DNA of 62,843 nucleotides, filler included, from Octopus bimaculoides (GCF_001194135.2; 8 parts of 8 records of this genome joined end to end with filler, not necessarily neighbours in it), one strand, 5' to 3'; numbered from the whole stretch's first letter, positions 1 through 13,812 are shown. Numbers and translations are program-made. The notes: generated by a model not told the origin, from the sequence alone.

Positions 1-37
<37 letters not shown>

Positions 38-360
38 CATACATGGGCTGGATACGTATCCATATATTATGTATTTTTTTGTTGTATTAAATTTACTATT
101 TTTCCCAATTTTTATTATAAGCTCTTCAAAGGAAGCAGGACATTAACAGCGAAGAGAAAATAGAACGTAATATGAAAAATTGCGTTTGGCAGTGTACGTG
201 CACATCTCACATATGCCAAGTTGCTCTTAGATGGATGAACTAACAGAACTTATACGCGTTTTCCTATGTATTCGTATTAAGCTGTGTTATACATATATTT
301 ATGTCTGTAGACACGTATAGACATATGTCTGTGAACGTCTCTTTCTCTCTCTCTCTCTCA

Positions 361-426
<66 letters not shown>

Positions 427-1209
427 NNNNNNNNNNNNNNNNNNNNNNNNNNNNNNNNNNNNNNNNNNNNNNNNNNNNNNNNNNNNNNNNNNNNNNNNNN
501 NNNNNNNNNNNNNNNNNNNNNNNNNNNNNNNNNNNNNNNNNNNNNNNNNNNNNNNNNNNNNNNNNNNNNNNNNNNNNNNNNNNNNNNNNNNNNNNNNNNN
601 NNNNNNNNNNNNNNNNNNNNNNNNNNNNNNNNNNNNNNNNNNNNNNNNNNNNNNNNNNNNNNNNNNNNNNNNNNNNNNNNNNNNNNNNNNNNNNNNNNNN
701 NNNNNNNNNNNNNNNNNNNNNNNNNNNNNNNNNNNNNNNNNNNNNNNNNNNNNNNNNNNNNNNNNNNNNNNNNNNNNNNNNNNNNNTATATATATATATA
801 TATTATATACATGTATGTATGCATATGCATACATACATCAATCTTATATACATACATACATACATACATACATACATACGGATACACTTGAGAATGTGGT
901 CATAGTGAACGATATAGTGAGTGCATTGTGTATATATCTTTATATGCACGTTTACATCTGTTTCTGTTGTGTTTGATCGCTATGCGTTTGCCTGTGCGTT
1001 TGGTCGTCTATATGTTTGTATGTGTCTATGTGTAAATAAGAATGTGAGGTCTTCGAGCGCTCTGTTTGTTTATGCCAAACTTAATGCAAATCTCTTTCTG
1101 ACACATGTCACCAGCTTTAGCATTGCTTCACATTTACATGACATCTTAAATCTGTTCACCTAGACTTCCTACAGACTTATTTACGAAAATCCTCCTCCTC
1201 CCCCAAATT

Positions 1210-1243
<34 letters not shown>

Positions 1244-1560
1244 GTAATAGCAGCAGCAGCAACAACAATAACATTATTGTTTTCATTGTTATTGTCAAAA
1301 CTGTAAATTAACGGGATTGAGTGAGCATCTGGAAAAATAGTCTTGCTGTATTTGCTCTAGCTCTTTACGTTCCTTGTTCAAATTCCGCCAAGGTAGACGT
1401 TGCTATTCATCCTTTAGGATCTCTATGTAAAATACACACACACACATACATACATACATACATACATACATACATACATCCTGCCTTTTATAGATATAGA
1501 TACTCATGCAAGTCCGACTCCAAGCATTAAAGAGCTCCGGGTAATGCAATATATCTTTGT

Positions 1561-1613
<53 letters not shown>

Positions 1614-1969
1614 TGTGTCTATGTATGTATATATATATATGCGCGCGCGTGCGCACAAACATACATTTGTCCGACGATGGCTTAGCTGGTTGAAACTTCG
1701 AAGTTACTGTCAACAACATTCTTACTTAAGAATAATAAATTTGTGCTCTACAAAAGTATAGAGTAACCCCTTAGATTAATGTAAAATGTACACAAGAAAT
1801 ACCTTTGATCATCGGTCCCCTGGGTCAGGATTGAGAAGTGGTTAAAGAAAAACAGTAACAGCAATAACAGTAACATCATTAAGTTAGCAAAGAATACTAT
1901 TTGAATCCATAATGTTATATACTTAATGCCGCTTGTTTCTAATTTTTTTCTCACTCTCTTACTCATTAG

Positions 1970-2105
1970 ACGAACGGTGAAAGCCACCTTAGTGCTAATA
2001 CCCCTCTTTGGACTTCAACAGTTACTGATCATCTACAGACCTTCAAGGGAAAATAATTATGCTTACCCTTATGAAATCATTTCCAGTATTATAATCCATT
2101 CACAG
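1970..2105 (+). CDS. Class B (secretin-family) GPCR exon, TM6-ECL3-TM7 start; calcitonin/CGRP/DH31-receptor-like
   Basis: Translates RTVKATLVLIPLFGLQQLLIIYRP...YEIISSIIIHSQ, matching the class B TM6 motif K(A/T)xxLxPLxG and the pre-TM7 xxxxHxQ. Polypyrimidine tract + AG at 1968-69; donor CAG|GCAAGT at 2105/2106. Confidence 0.9.
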
Positions 2106-4039
2106 GCAAGTATTCTTTTATTCTTGTAGTTTCTTATTCTGATATTTCTTTTTTCCTTTACAAGCTTTCAATTACTTGATTGTAACCAAGGCGAGGCACT
2201 AACTTCATTGTTTTTGGTTTTGGTCGAATCTATCGATTCTACTGCATTGCCAGGTATTATTTTTATCAATCCCATATCAGTTGGCTTTGCCTTGAAGGTA
2301 AAATCAGCCGGTTATAATTGNNNNNNNNNNNNNNNNNNNNNNNNNNNNNNNNNNNNNNNNNNNNNNNNNNNNNNNNNNNNNNNNNNNNNNNNNNNNNNNN
2401 NNNNNNNNNNNNNNNNNNNNNNNNNNNNNNNNNNNNNNNNNNNNNNNNNNNNNNNNNNNNNNNNNNNNNNNNNNNNNNNNNNNNNNNNNNNNNNNNNNNN
2501 NNNNNNNNNNNNNNNNNNNNNNNNNNNNNNNNNNNNNNNNNNNNNNNNNNNNNNNNNNNNNNNNNNNNNNNNNNNNNNNNNNNNNNNNNNNNNNNNNNNN
2601 NNNNNNNNNNNNNNNNNNNNNNNNNNNNNNNNNNNNNNNNNNNNNNNNNNNNNNNNNNNNNNNNNNNNNNNNNNNNNNNNNNNNNNNNNNNNNNNNNNNN
2701 NNNNNNNNNNNNNNNNNNNNNNNNNNNNNNNNNNNNNNNNNNNNNNNNNNNNNNNNNNNNNNNNNNNNNNNNNNNNNNNNNNNNNNNNNNNNNNNNNNNN
2801 NNNNNNNNNNNNNNNNNNNNNNNNNNNAGAGAGAGAGAGAGAGAGAGAATATGATATAATAATATGTAATATTATAATATGATGTAGTACAGGAAGACAA
2901 GAAAGCGACATACGGAAAATAAAGTAGAGCACACAGTGAGTGAGATAATGTTCCGTCCCTCCCATAATATTGTTCAATTTGGCAGTGTCGGCATCATAAG
3001 CTGTTGCGGTGGAAATGACCGGAAATGAAAGAGGAGCACGAGTAAGACAAAAAAGACAAGTACAGAAAAAGACACGATGCTTTGACCAATCAATAAAAAG
3101 AACGAGGTATAAGGATAACGAGAAAATATGTAAAATGATAAAGCAGGTTGGGTAACGAAGAAGGAAATTCATAATAAACGACAAAGATACCTGTATACAT
3201 AGAAAGCCCTTCGGTTATACGACTGAAGACATGTGCGAAAGTAACGTTAACTGGGAAGAAAATGGTCCTTTCAAACAAATATATGTAACCGACTGAGCGA
3301 ATTAACGATAGTATCGATATTGGAAATATATCCATATATCACTAACCGTATGAACACTAACAAAATGAGAAAAAGTTCCGTAAACACTACAACAGTTTAT
3401 AAAACATCAAATACATACTTCATAAAATTTGTTAACATTACACATACACATAGATATATGCCTCTATATACTATGGACTTTTTTACTCCCTTACCTTTAC
3501 TCCCTCCCCTTACTTGGCGGTCATTCTAATAGCTCTTTTGTCTTAATAACGGTCAACAACACAGTAATTTCCCTTTGTTTAATGGGCATTTTCATAGGAA
3601 TTTTCAATGGCCAGATAACTGAAGAGATGGCGGCGTGGGTTTCCGCCCCAGCATCCGAAACTCGGAGTTTTATCATGGCTACCGAATAATTGTCACATAT
3701 TTCAACAGATAAATTCCTCTATTTACATAATATCGAGGTCTCTTTCTTCTTTTTGTTGTCTTTTCTATTAATATATAAATNNNNNNNNNNNNNNNNNNNN
3801 NNNNNNNNNNNNNNNNNNNNNNNNNNNNNNNNNNNNNNNNNNNNNNNNNNNNNNNNNNNNNNNNNNNNNNNNNNNNNNNNNNNNNNNNNNNNNNNNNNNN
3901 NNNNNNNNNNNNNNNNNNNNNNNNNNNNNNNNNNNNNNNNNNNNNNNNNNNNNNNNNNNNNNNNNNNNNNNNNNNNNNNNNNNNNNNNNNNNNNNNNNNN
4001 NNNNNNNNNNNNNNNNNNNNNNNNNNNNNNNNNNNNNNN

Positions 4040-4084
<45 letters not shown>

Positions 4085-4113
4085 GGAAATTACTTGATAC
4101 AGTTTCAATACTT

Positions 4114-5195
4114 AGAGAAAGATTTTTTCAAAAAGTTAAGATTAAGAAAAATACTTTTGGGAGAGTAGAATGGTACTAACCTTTAGGAAGGAATTTCACA
4201 AATTGTGTGTAGGCTTTAATAAATGTGCAAGCGCTTTCAGTTCTTAACGTTATCAAGCACGTAAAGACAACTTGCATAACTTAACTTGTTCCTTAAAAAG
4301 TAAAAATACCCCTCCAAACTAATAGACCTAGCTATAATTAATGCTAAGGGTATCCCGATCTCTGCCTTACGAAAAAGCACTCACACTGAGGAGAAACAAG
4401 AAAATACATATAAAAATATTTCATTTGTTATCACTCACAATCGCAGGAACCACAACATTCTACAATCATTCAACGCCTCCTACCAATTCTACAGCCGTCC
4501 TCAAGTATCCGACAAATACTTAAGGAACAACAGATCATCAACAGCTGAAGACAACCACCAGACCTTAAGAGACTTCTAGCCAAAGCAAGATTCACATCAG
4601 AGAAAGAAATCATGCAAGTAACCAAGTGTGGAGACCCTCCATGTGGGATATACGAATTGATCGAACAGAGATCGGCCAAAAAAATTCAAAAATGGGAAGG
4701 AATTAAAGGTAAATGCAACTATGAATTAGAAAACCAAAATTCTGATATACTGTATCACGTGCCCACGATACAATGAAAATTATGTTGGAGAAGCAAAAGC
4801 AAAATTAGCCAACCATGTAAATGTGCATAGACACCAAATAAAATATCCTTCGCTTAGATGCATACCATGTAACAACCACTTAGACACCTGTGCACAAGGA
4901 AAATTCAAAATATTACCCTTTTTTTAAATAAATGAAGAAAACGACCTACTTCGAAAGGCAGAAGAAGAATTTTTTATAAGGTCTCTGAACCCGGAACTAA
5001 ACCGGAAATAATCAATAACTTTACCTAAAACAACTTCCGCTATATACAATAACCCTAATACGTTTGATAAGGTTGAGAACTGAAAGTGCTTGCACATTTA
5101 TTAAAGCCAACACACAATTTGTGGAAGGTTAGTACCGTTCTATTCTCTAAAAAGTATTTTTTTTAATCTTAAATTTTTGAAAAAAATCTTTCTCT
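4114..5195. repeat. ~140-bp inverted repeat pair (4114-4263 / 5059-5195) enclosing the Penelope endonuclease fragment
   Basis: AGAGAAAGATTTTTTCAAAAA...GGTACTAACC...CACAAATTGTGTGT.GGCTTTAATAAATGTGCAAGC.CTTTCAGTTCT matches the reverse complement of the right arm. Confidence 0.8.
4341..5010 (+). mobile_element. Penelope-like element, degenerate GIY-YIG endonuclease region
   Basis: Across frameshifts and stops: RQPPDLKRLLAKARF...TKCGDPPCG...LIYCITCPRYNENYVGE...HRHQI...HLDTCAQGKFKILPF...EEFFIRSLNPELN, the CCHH-linker plus GIY-YIG layout of PLEs. Confidence 0.8.
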
Positions 5196-6063
5196 CTCTC
5201 TCTCTCTCTCTCTCTNNNNNNNNNNNNNNNNNNNNNNNNNNNNNNNNNNNNNNNNNNNNNNNNNNNNNNNNNNNNNNNNNNNNNNNNNNNNNNNNNNNNN
5301 NNNNNNNNNNNNNNNNNNNNNNNNNNNNNNNNNNNNNNNNNNNNNNNNNNNNNNNNNNNNNNNNNNNNNNNNNNNNNNNNNNNNNNNNNNNNNNNNNNNN
5401 NNNNNNNNNNNNNNNNNNNNNNNNNNNNNNNNNNNNNNNNNNNNNNNNNNNNNNNNNNNNNNNNNNNNNNNNNNNNNNNNNNNNNNNNNNNNNNNNNNNN
5501 NNNNNNNNNNNNNNNNNNNNNNNNNNNNNNNNNNNNNNNNNNNNNNNNNNNNNNNNNNNNNNNNNNNNNNNNNNNNNNNNNNNNNNNNNNNNNNNNNNNN
5601 NNNNNNNNNNNNNNNNNNNNNNNNNNNNNNNNNNNNNNNNNNNNNNNNNNNNNNNNNNNNNNNNNNNNNNNNNNNNNNNNNNNNNNNNNNNNNNNNNNNN
5701 NNNNNNNNNNNNNNNNNNNNNNNNNNNNNNNNNNNNNNNNNNNNNNNNNNNNNNNNNNNNNNNNNNNNNNNNNNNNNNNNNNNNNNNNNNNNNNNNNNNN
5801 NNNNNNNNNNNNNNNNNNNNNNNNNNNNNNNNNNNNNNNNNNNNNNNNNNNNNNNNNNNNNNNNNNNNNNNNNNNNNNNNNNNNNNNNNNNNNNNNNNNN
5901 NNNNNNNNNNNNNNNNNNNNNNNNNNNNNNNNNNNNNNNNNNNNNNNNNNNNNNNNNNNNNNNNNNNNNNNNNNNNNNNNNNNNNNNNNNNNNNNNNNNN
6001 NNNNNNNNNNNNNNNNNNNNNNNNNNNNNNNNNNNNNNNNNNNNNNNNNNGTGCGCGTGCGTA

Positions 6064-6099
<36 letters not shown>

Positions 6100-6844
6100 A
6101 TTCTTCTATTATCCCATCTTTATAATTTCGATACAACAAACTGTGAGGAGTACAGTTTTATCGTAGAACAAATGCTATAATAAGATAGTTCGATGCCTCA
6201 CAGAGACCAGTGGCTTCATTCTAGTTGGGAGTCATCGACCTTTTATAATCTGGATGTGGATGTAGGTTTGTTTATTTGTAGCTTACTAGATTTTGGCTCG
6301 TTATATTTGTTTTTCTTTTTATATTTAGTATGCAGAATTTTTGTTTGGTTTGGTGGGTTGTTTATGCATGTGTGTGTGTGTATACATGTGTATATGTATA
6401 GGTGTTTGTTGAATGGAAGATTAGAAATTAGAGAAAAACAGAATTTGAAAAGATAAGCAAAAAAGTAAGAAACGAAATTATAAAATATTGTCAACAAGGT
6501 CGAAAGATGACAGTTAACTGCAGAATTCAAGATTAAGACTGGTGGAGTGTAAACGAATATTTGTAAAGATGCGCTATAAGTGTGTGTGCGTGCGAGTCAA
6601 ATAGTAGAATCATCATTAGAAATTAAGACTGGAGTTAAAGTTTCAAAAGCGATAGATGATGGGGGTGATGTCGCTGTGCGAGCGCATGTGTGCATTGATG
6701 TGAAAATAACTAGGGCTTATTAAGTGTGGCAATTTTTTTTAGAGATAAAAAAATACTAAACTTAATAACAGGATATAATTTATTTAGGTTTCAGCATGTA
6801 GAAGAAGGACCGCCATAGGTGTTTAGACAATCGTTATATGTATA

Positions 6845-6877
<33 letters not shown>

Positions 6878-7734
6878 GGGGAGAGGGAGAGGAAAGAGAG
6901 GGAGAGGAAAGAGAGGGAGAAAGAGGGAAGAAGGAAAAAGAGAGGAAGAAAAGGAGAAAGAAAGAGCTAGGCATACACATAGGTGCGTGACCTAGAAGTT
7001 AGGTTGTTGCACCCACGATCGCTATATCGTAGATTAGATTTCTGGACCGAGCGCCGCGTTGTGTTCTTGTGCAAAACGCTTCATTTCACATAGGTCCAGT
7101 TCACTGAACTGTAAATGGGTAACCCTGCGACGGAGTAGCCTTCGGATCAGATGTAAACAAGCAATGAGAACGAAGACAAAAATGGGTAATGACATATTTC
7201 GGGGGGGGGGGGGGTTTGCCCCTTCATCAGCATCCATCTAATCTATTCTCGCTTCCGAGCGGATTGCTTATATAGCTACCGCATACAGCGGTGTTAAGCT
7301 ATTGGATATACCAATTTACATATTAAACGCATTCCTGGAGCTGGTACTTAAATATTAAAGATTTGTAGGTACGTGGTATTACAACCAAAATACGCTATAA
7401 AATATATTAAATGTTTTTATTAGTCAATACCACGTTCTATTCCGTTTGCAATGCTTTTTACATTATTTTCTTAAGGTTATTTCTACAGATATTCTATAGA
7501 AATTATAGCCAGCATTGAATTTTTGCTATAACGTTTTGCATCGAGATGTCAGATGTAAACAAACAATGAGATCGAAGACAAAAATGGGCAATGAGTGTAT
7601 ACGCCATATTTCTTTGTGTGAGTGTGTATGTGCGCCTGTGCGTGTATTAGTTAATAAACTGCCATATATATACAACTAAATATAATAAATGCTAATGCAG
7701 AGAAAAATTAGGATGCCCATTGATGAACCTCTGT

Positions 7735-8090
7735 ATGAGTACAAATCTTGAATATAAGTGTACTGTACACAGAAGTGGAGGACCGTATGTTTACGTTGGG
7801 GCAATGGCTAATTCATTCAAGAATCATCGCAACCATGTCGCCAGCTTCAAGAAAATCAACAAGAGACATTCAACATATTTGGGCGATTTTGCGACTTGAG
7901 GAAGATAAAATGAAGTATAACATAACTCGGTCCATAGTAAGGCACACAAAACTATATAATATCATTTCCAGGAGATGCTCCGAGGAATCCCTGTCTATTC
8001 TATGGACCAATGAAAAGATCATTAATAGAATTTCTGAAAGACTCTCAAGATGCTTGCATGCATATAAATGCACTTTCGCATAATACAGTG
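7735..8090 (+). mobile_element. Penelope-like element, degenerate GIY-YIG endonuclease C-terminus
   Basis: YKCTV...YVYVGAMANSFKNHRNHVASFK...; frameshifted HIWAIL...KYNITRSIVRHTKLYNIISRRC...ERLSRCLHAYK matches the PLE endonuclease tail (HIW.LK....Y.I.WSI...Y....RRC..C..EK...N.R.EL.SKCRH.NK). Confidence 0.75.
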
Positions 8091-9496
8091 GGAATGAATT
8101 TGAGTAACTGTTAATGTGATTAATGATCATAATTCATCTTAAGGTATGGATCAATTAAATCTAGCTCTAACCTCCCCAGTCAATTCGCTATATGAACGTA
8201 TGTGCACCAAGTCACACATGTGCGTATGTTTACATTTTCGTGGATGTTTGTATGAGCGAGTGTACGTGCGCCATATAACCTAAGCGAGAGCGTTTATGCA
8301 TCCATATCTGTTAACGTTTATATTTAATACTTTTTCTCTGTATTGTATATTCGTTTCTTTTTTGTATCTGTTATTTTTTATTACTTATCTTCTATATAAA
8401 TGAAGTTATATCCTTTAATTTGCTTCTTTTCTCTACACGAACCGAGAAGATATCTTGCGGAACAGTCGTTATTTTAATGAGTTATATCTAATTATCACCC
8501 AAAGAGACACATCTACACCGTCGGGTGCTCCTAAAACAGTTGTTAAGTATCTCATCCATGAGGGATCGATGCTAGATGGGTTAAAACAATTATAGTGATT
8601 AATAAATATTCTCGTATCTTCCATCTTCCGTCTCTCTCGTTAATCATACACACACACACACACAAACACACACAAACGCACACACACATGTAAATCTATA
8701 TCCATATATATATATNNNNNNNNNNNNNNNNNNNNNNNNNNNNNNNTATGTATGTATGTATGTATGTACGTACGTTTGTATGTATGTATGTATGTATGTA
8801 TGTATGTATGCAAAAGAAAACCGATCTATGAGGAATACACACACATGAATAGATATATATTACATAAAGTTATAGTGCTTCATAGAATACCAGGCAGTAT
8901 TTCTTCTGACTCTTTGTGCTCACATCCTAACGAGTCAGCTATCGTCTTTCATTGTTTCGGGTTCGACAAAGGTAACAATTCATGTTTAAACTTTTTAGTC
9001 TCAATTCATGTTAATGGATTGGTGGAAATGTTAGAGGAGCAAAGCAAGATGCTTTGCGGTATCTGTTTCAGCTCTTTGCATTCTAAGAGTAACGTCTACA
9101 CCGACACTGATGCTAGACTCTATCAGGTCAAGTGGCGTAGAGAGAGGAAAATTTGTACTCATGGCAACTGTTAGGCTTCCAAAAAACAGAATCAGGGCTA
9201 GTTCTGCACATAGATGGGTTGATGCTTAATCAACATTAACTAAATATGACCTATGTCCAAAACTAGGGGCCTAATTTAGTAAAATGGTGTAGTGAAGTGA
9301 TAGATGGTATTTTGAAAGCGTTCAGGAATTTGAATGTGCGCATATATTATAGGAAGTGTTTATTTGGTTGCTCTTTGTATTATGTGAACGTGTATAAATT
9401 TAGGTAGGTTGACATAGGTTTGAACATATAGAAGTTTGACCATATGTACTCTAACGCTAGCTGATATATGTATATTTGTATGTGCGTATACATACA

Positions 9497-9546
<50 letters not shown>

Positions 9547-9672
9547 AATATATNNNNNNNNNNNNNNNNNNNNNNNNNNNNNNNNNNNNNNNNNNNNNNN
9601 NNNNNNNNNNNNNNNNNNNNNNNNNNNNNNNNNNNNNNNNNNNNNNNNNNNNNNNNNNNNNNNNNNNNNNNN

Positions 9673-9706
<34 letters not shown>

Positions 9707-9827
9707 AGTGTCACAGAGTGAGATAGCTGGATATAGATTCACACACACATACTTGTATGTATTATATATGTTTGTATATGAGAGAGGGTGAGAGAGAAAG
9801 AAAATGGAATTCACAAGACTTTATTAT

Positions 9828-9930
9828 TCACTACGATCGTTTCAACTCATCGTGCATCAGTGCCTCGCAGGTGAGATGCTGTACAAACAGTTGCGGTGCA
9901 TCATTGGTGTAGATGTGTCTCGTCAGGTGA
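9828..9930 (-). ncRNA. Minimal type I hammerhead ribozyme with long loop II (Penelope-pLTR-like)
   Basis: Minus strand: UCAC-CUGACGA-GACACAUC-(loop)-GAUGAGUU-GAAA-C GAUC G-UA-GUGA. Intact CUGANGA and GAAA core, 4-bp stem I, 7/8-paired stem II, palindromic stem III, GUA cleavage triplet. Confidence 0.65.
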
Positions 9931-10314
9931 CTTGTAAAAGGTACCTCGATTTTTAACCTCAGTTTTGCTTATTTCGATTAGAATGCATTTTGTTATTTTG
10001 CTATTCGTACGCACGAGAAACTTGGGTTAAAATGAAGAACAATTCTCGTATAAATAGTAAAGTGACTTACAAAGAACCAAAAATAAGTATGAAAATATAT
10101 AAATGAAGTAACTGCAATCGTAATGAATAATAAAGAAGCTCCTGAATTCCATTTTCTTTCTCTCATATTTTTATAAACTCTACAGAAACTAAAGAATTCC
10201 AACAGTAAATATAGTGCCATTTAAATCCATGTTGTTGATGACATAAGGTAGCCGAATACAGTAACGGGTTTTAAACGGCGTACTACAAGGTGTACACCCA
10301 AATCTAAAATTACT

Positions 10315-10373
<59 letters not shown>

Positions 10374-11209
10374 TATATTTATATATATATTTATACATAC
10401 ACTAAGATATTTGTGGGTGTGTAACCCGATTTCTATATATATATACATACCTAATACATAAGCACACATATGCACACTCAACTACACCAGTTCATACATA
10501 TTCATGTATACGCATGTAGTGAACACACACACATACACACACCGAAACAAACACACCCAAACACACACCCAAACGCACACACATGCACACGTATATATGC
10601 ATGCTTACATGCACACACCAGCATGCATATACATATACACTCGGCAACAAACTTATACGTAATCCTCGAGGTAGATTAAAAACTTAGCGCGGTATTTATT
10701 TTTCATCGAAAAACCTAGAAAAATTATTCATGAATTTATATATTATTTGATGCTCCGACATTAAGTCTATCCAGTGAAATAAGATACGGAAAGAAATGAC
10801 CTGAGATGTAGGCAATGAAGAAATATCTTGTAGTAAGTTTTTTGCTGCGGAATAGTTTTTTTTTTTTTCCTTTTTCCTTCTTTTTTTATGGGGGGCGAAT
10901 GATGTGTATGCGTGTTCGTGTGTCAGTATACATGTATGTTTGTCATTCTATCTATCTCTCTGCCTGCCAGTCTGTCTATCTGTCTGTCTGAATGTATGTG
11001 TGTATGTATGTATGTATGTATGTATTATGTAGCAGTCATATATCTAAGTACTTCAATGATTTAACTTGAGGAATATTTTATGTAAGGCTTCACTGAAAAG
11101 GTCGATAAAAAGTGGATAAATTCAATTTCCTGAGCTGAACTATAAGATACAGGCGAGGGCTTCAATAGATTCACACGTGAAAATACGAAATATACATATC
11201 AATATAAAC

Positions 11210-11257
<48 letters not shown>

Positions 11258-11540
11258 TAAGATAACAGGGTAACACTGTTAGATGTTACGAAGGTAAAGG
11301 AGGGTCAGATAAAATAAACTAAAATAAAGTAAAACAAGATAAATTAAAGTAAAAAGTAGTAGATTACAAGGCGGTATGAGGAGGTTCAGTTTTCATGATA
11401 GATTTAGAGATGTAAAGGCTTTTGGATTTAAGAGATTAAGGATATATAAAATATTTATGGATATGGAAGTACTGTAAATATAAAAGTAGATAGGTAGATA
11501 AAGAAACAGACAGAAGTAAGGGTCGATAGATAGAGAGGGT

Positions 11541-11590
<50 letters not shown>

Positions 11591-12489
11591 CTTACTCTAC
11601 TTGTAGCATGTGACTTATAGAAAGCCTTGTTCTTTTCTACTCTAGGCACAAGGCTCGAAATTTTTGGGGAGATGACCAGTCGATTGGTAACTAAGAAAAC
11701 GTTCCAATGGTGACCATCCCTGATGTTTTAAAATTCAAATTTCATCTTAAATACAAACAACATAAATCAAATTTAATGAGTGAACAAGATAAAATTTAGT
11801 GCAATTTGTCTTTGAATAATTTAATACCAGTAGTTGTAATATAATGCGATTCATAACAAGTACAATTTATGGAGAACTGCAATAGAAGCTTATATGCAGA
11901 ATCGCACTGAACAATACGAATCAAAATAAGTAGTGGAGCAGTAGTAAAAAGAAATGCATCAGTGTACCTCTTCTTAATCGAAAACGAGAGACATTAGAAC
12001 CCCTAATGAAGGGCTACCAGGGTGCTTGATAATATCGGATGGATTGCGCATAGCCAAATAAATTGGTTCGGTAGTGATCCCTCATAAAATGTATTATCTT
12101 TAATTTTGATCTGTATTGTCTCCTTTTAGTTGAAATCTAAATCTAGTAACAGACAAGTGACGGCGGTTGGGACATTTTCGTGCTTACTAACATGAGAGAG
12201 AAATGATCGTTTAATTCTTAGTTTAATTCTTAAAGAAAAAGCGGTTGGTTGAGTAGGAGAAACTTGAAATGATAAAATCCTAAACGACTGAAAAGTGAAA
12301 AATACTCGTTAGACATTAAGAAACACACAAAAACTATTAACTTCATTTAAACGTTTATTATTTGTCAGATGGTACCAAAATGTTTTAGTCGTTCGAGTTG
12401 TGTGACCTGGTCACTGACAAATTTGGAGTACTGAACAATGCGATCAGTAACCAGGTCGCAGGTGGGAGCGACGAAATTTTTGACACCGG

Positions 12490-12606
12490 TGAAGGTGTGG
12501 CTGTGTGTTTCCCAACCACATGTCCCACTGAAAACGTGGGACTGTGTCTTCTACTATGGCTCCGGAGTGAGTGGATTTGGTAGACGAGAATTGAAAAAGT
12601 CCGTCG

Positions 12607-12683
<77 letters not shown>

Positions 12684-12905
12684 GTATAAATGTGTGTATG
12701 TGTGTGTGTGCACAATTGTGTCTGTATTTGTCCTCCACCACCGCTTGACAACCGGTGTTAGTGTGTATACGTTCATGTAACTTAGCGATTCGGTCATAGA
12801 GTTCGATATAATCGGTACTAGGCTTTTAGAATAATGAGTAAAAGTTCTTCAAGGGAGGTACCCTAGCATGGTTGCAGTCTAATAATTGAAACAATTAAAA
12901 GATAA
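12490..12905 (+). mobile_element. SINE family C, degenerate
   Basis: GTGAGTGGATTTGGTAGACG...GTCCGTCGTATA, internal (CA)n, CGCTTGACAACCGGTG, tail AGCATGG.TGCAGTC...GAAACAA. Confidence 0.7.
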
Positions 12906-13812
12906 ACGATAGATATTACAAACAATTAATGTTTAAGTGAAGTTCATACTCTTTGTGTGTTTTGGAATGATTAATATGTTTATTCCATGCTGCAATTGTT
13001 TTAGTTTCAACACTGTCTCAGATTAAAACACTTGCATAGAGAGTACATTTCCGTAAAAATTAGATCCATAAAAAATTCCATAAAAAAAGTACTGGGTTGT
13101 GTTTGGAACATTTCGTTCTTATTTTCCAGTTGTTACTTTTGGAAAATTATTTTAAAAAATACTAACTCCACAACAAGACGGGAAATCGCTGTTGGAAATC
13201 TTTTGTTTGATAAATTGGTAAATTCGGAATCCTTTGAATATTTTTAGTGGACAAGAAAAGAACAATGAGTCTTTTTGTTTTCGTTTTGAAAAATCGTTAT
13301 TTTTTTATTATATTTTACGGTCTTGTTTTTACTTCCATTTTATTTATTTTATTTTATTCATTTTGTCCTGCCAAGTTCATTATAATGAAATTTCACCCTT
13401 AATGCGATTTTCGCTTCTTGGTTGATATCCACTTCATTTGTTGACTTCACTTGTGCCGCTTATATCCTGAGTGGAACATTAACGAAATATACATCAGTTT
13501 CTTAAACGACCGTCAGTTAGGGGTAACACATAGTTCTACAGTTGTTATTGTTATTTGCGTTCAGATGAGCTCTAATTGAATAGACCTACGATCAAACACG
13601 TGTCAGCCTCACTTTGATTTACCCACTTTCCCACATAGTTAATTTAAGACAACATTAACATAGCCTATATTCACTTAAGAGAGCAAGGCTGTGGTTTGAG
13701 GCTGTGATTTGGCTTCTAATTGTAGTAGGTCGAAAGAAGTTATGAAATTCTCTCGAGTATTGTGTCCATGTAAAACATTTTGTATATTAACCATGGTATT
13801 ATATTGGTTATT

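Noticed and set aside
6141-6203. CTGTGAGG...CCTCACAG 8-bp inverted repeat with a CTGTGAGGCATCGAAC near-hammerhead string
   Set aside because: Both core motifs are mismatched and the stems are not supported.
8880-9174. Non-repetitive part of ORF 8752-9174 as an extra GPCR exon
   Set aside because: No class B motif is missing between the two identified exons and the peptide matches no family I recognise.
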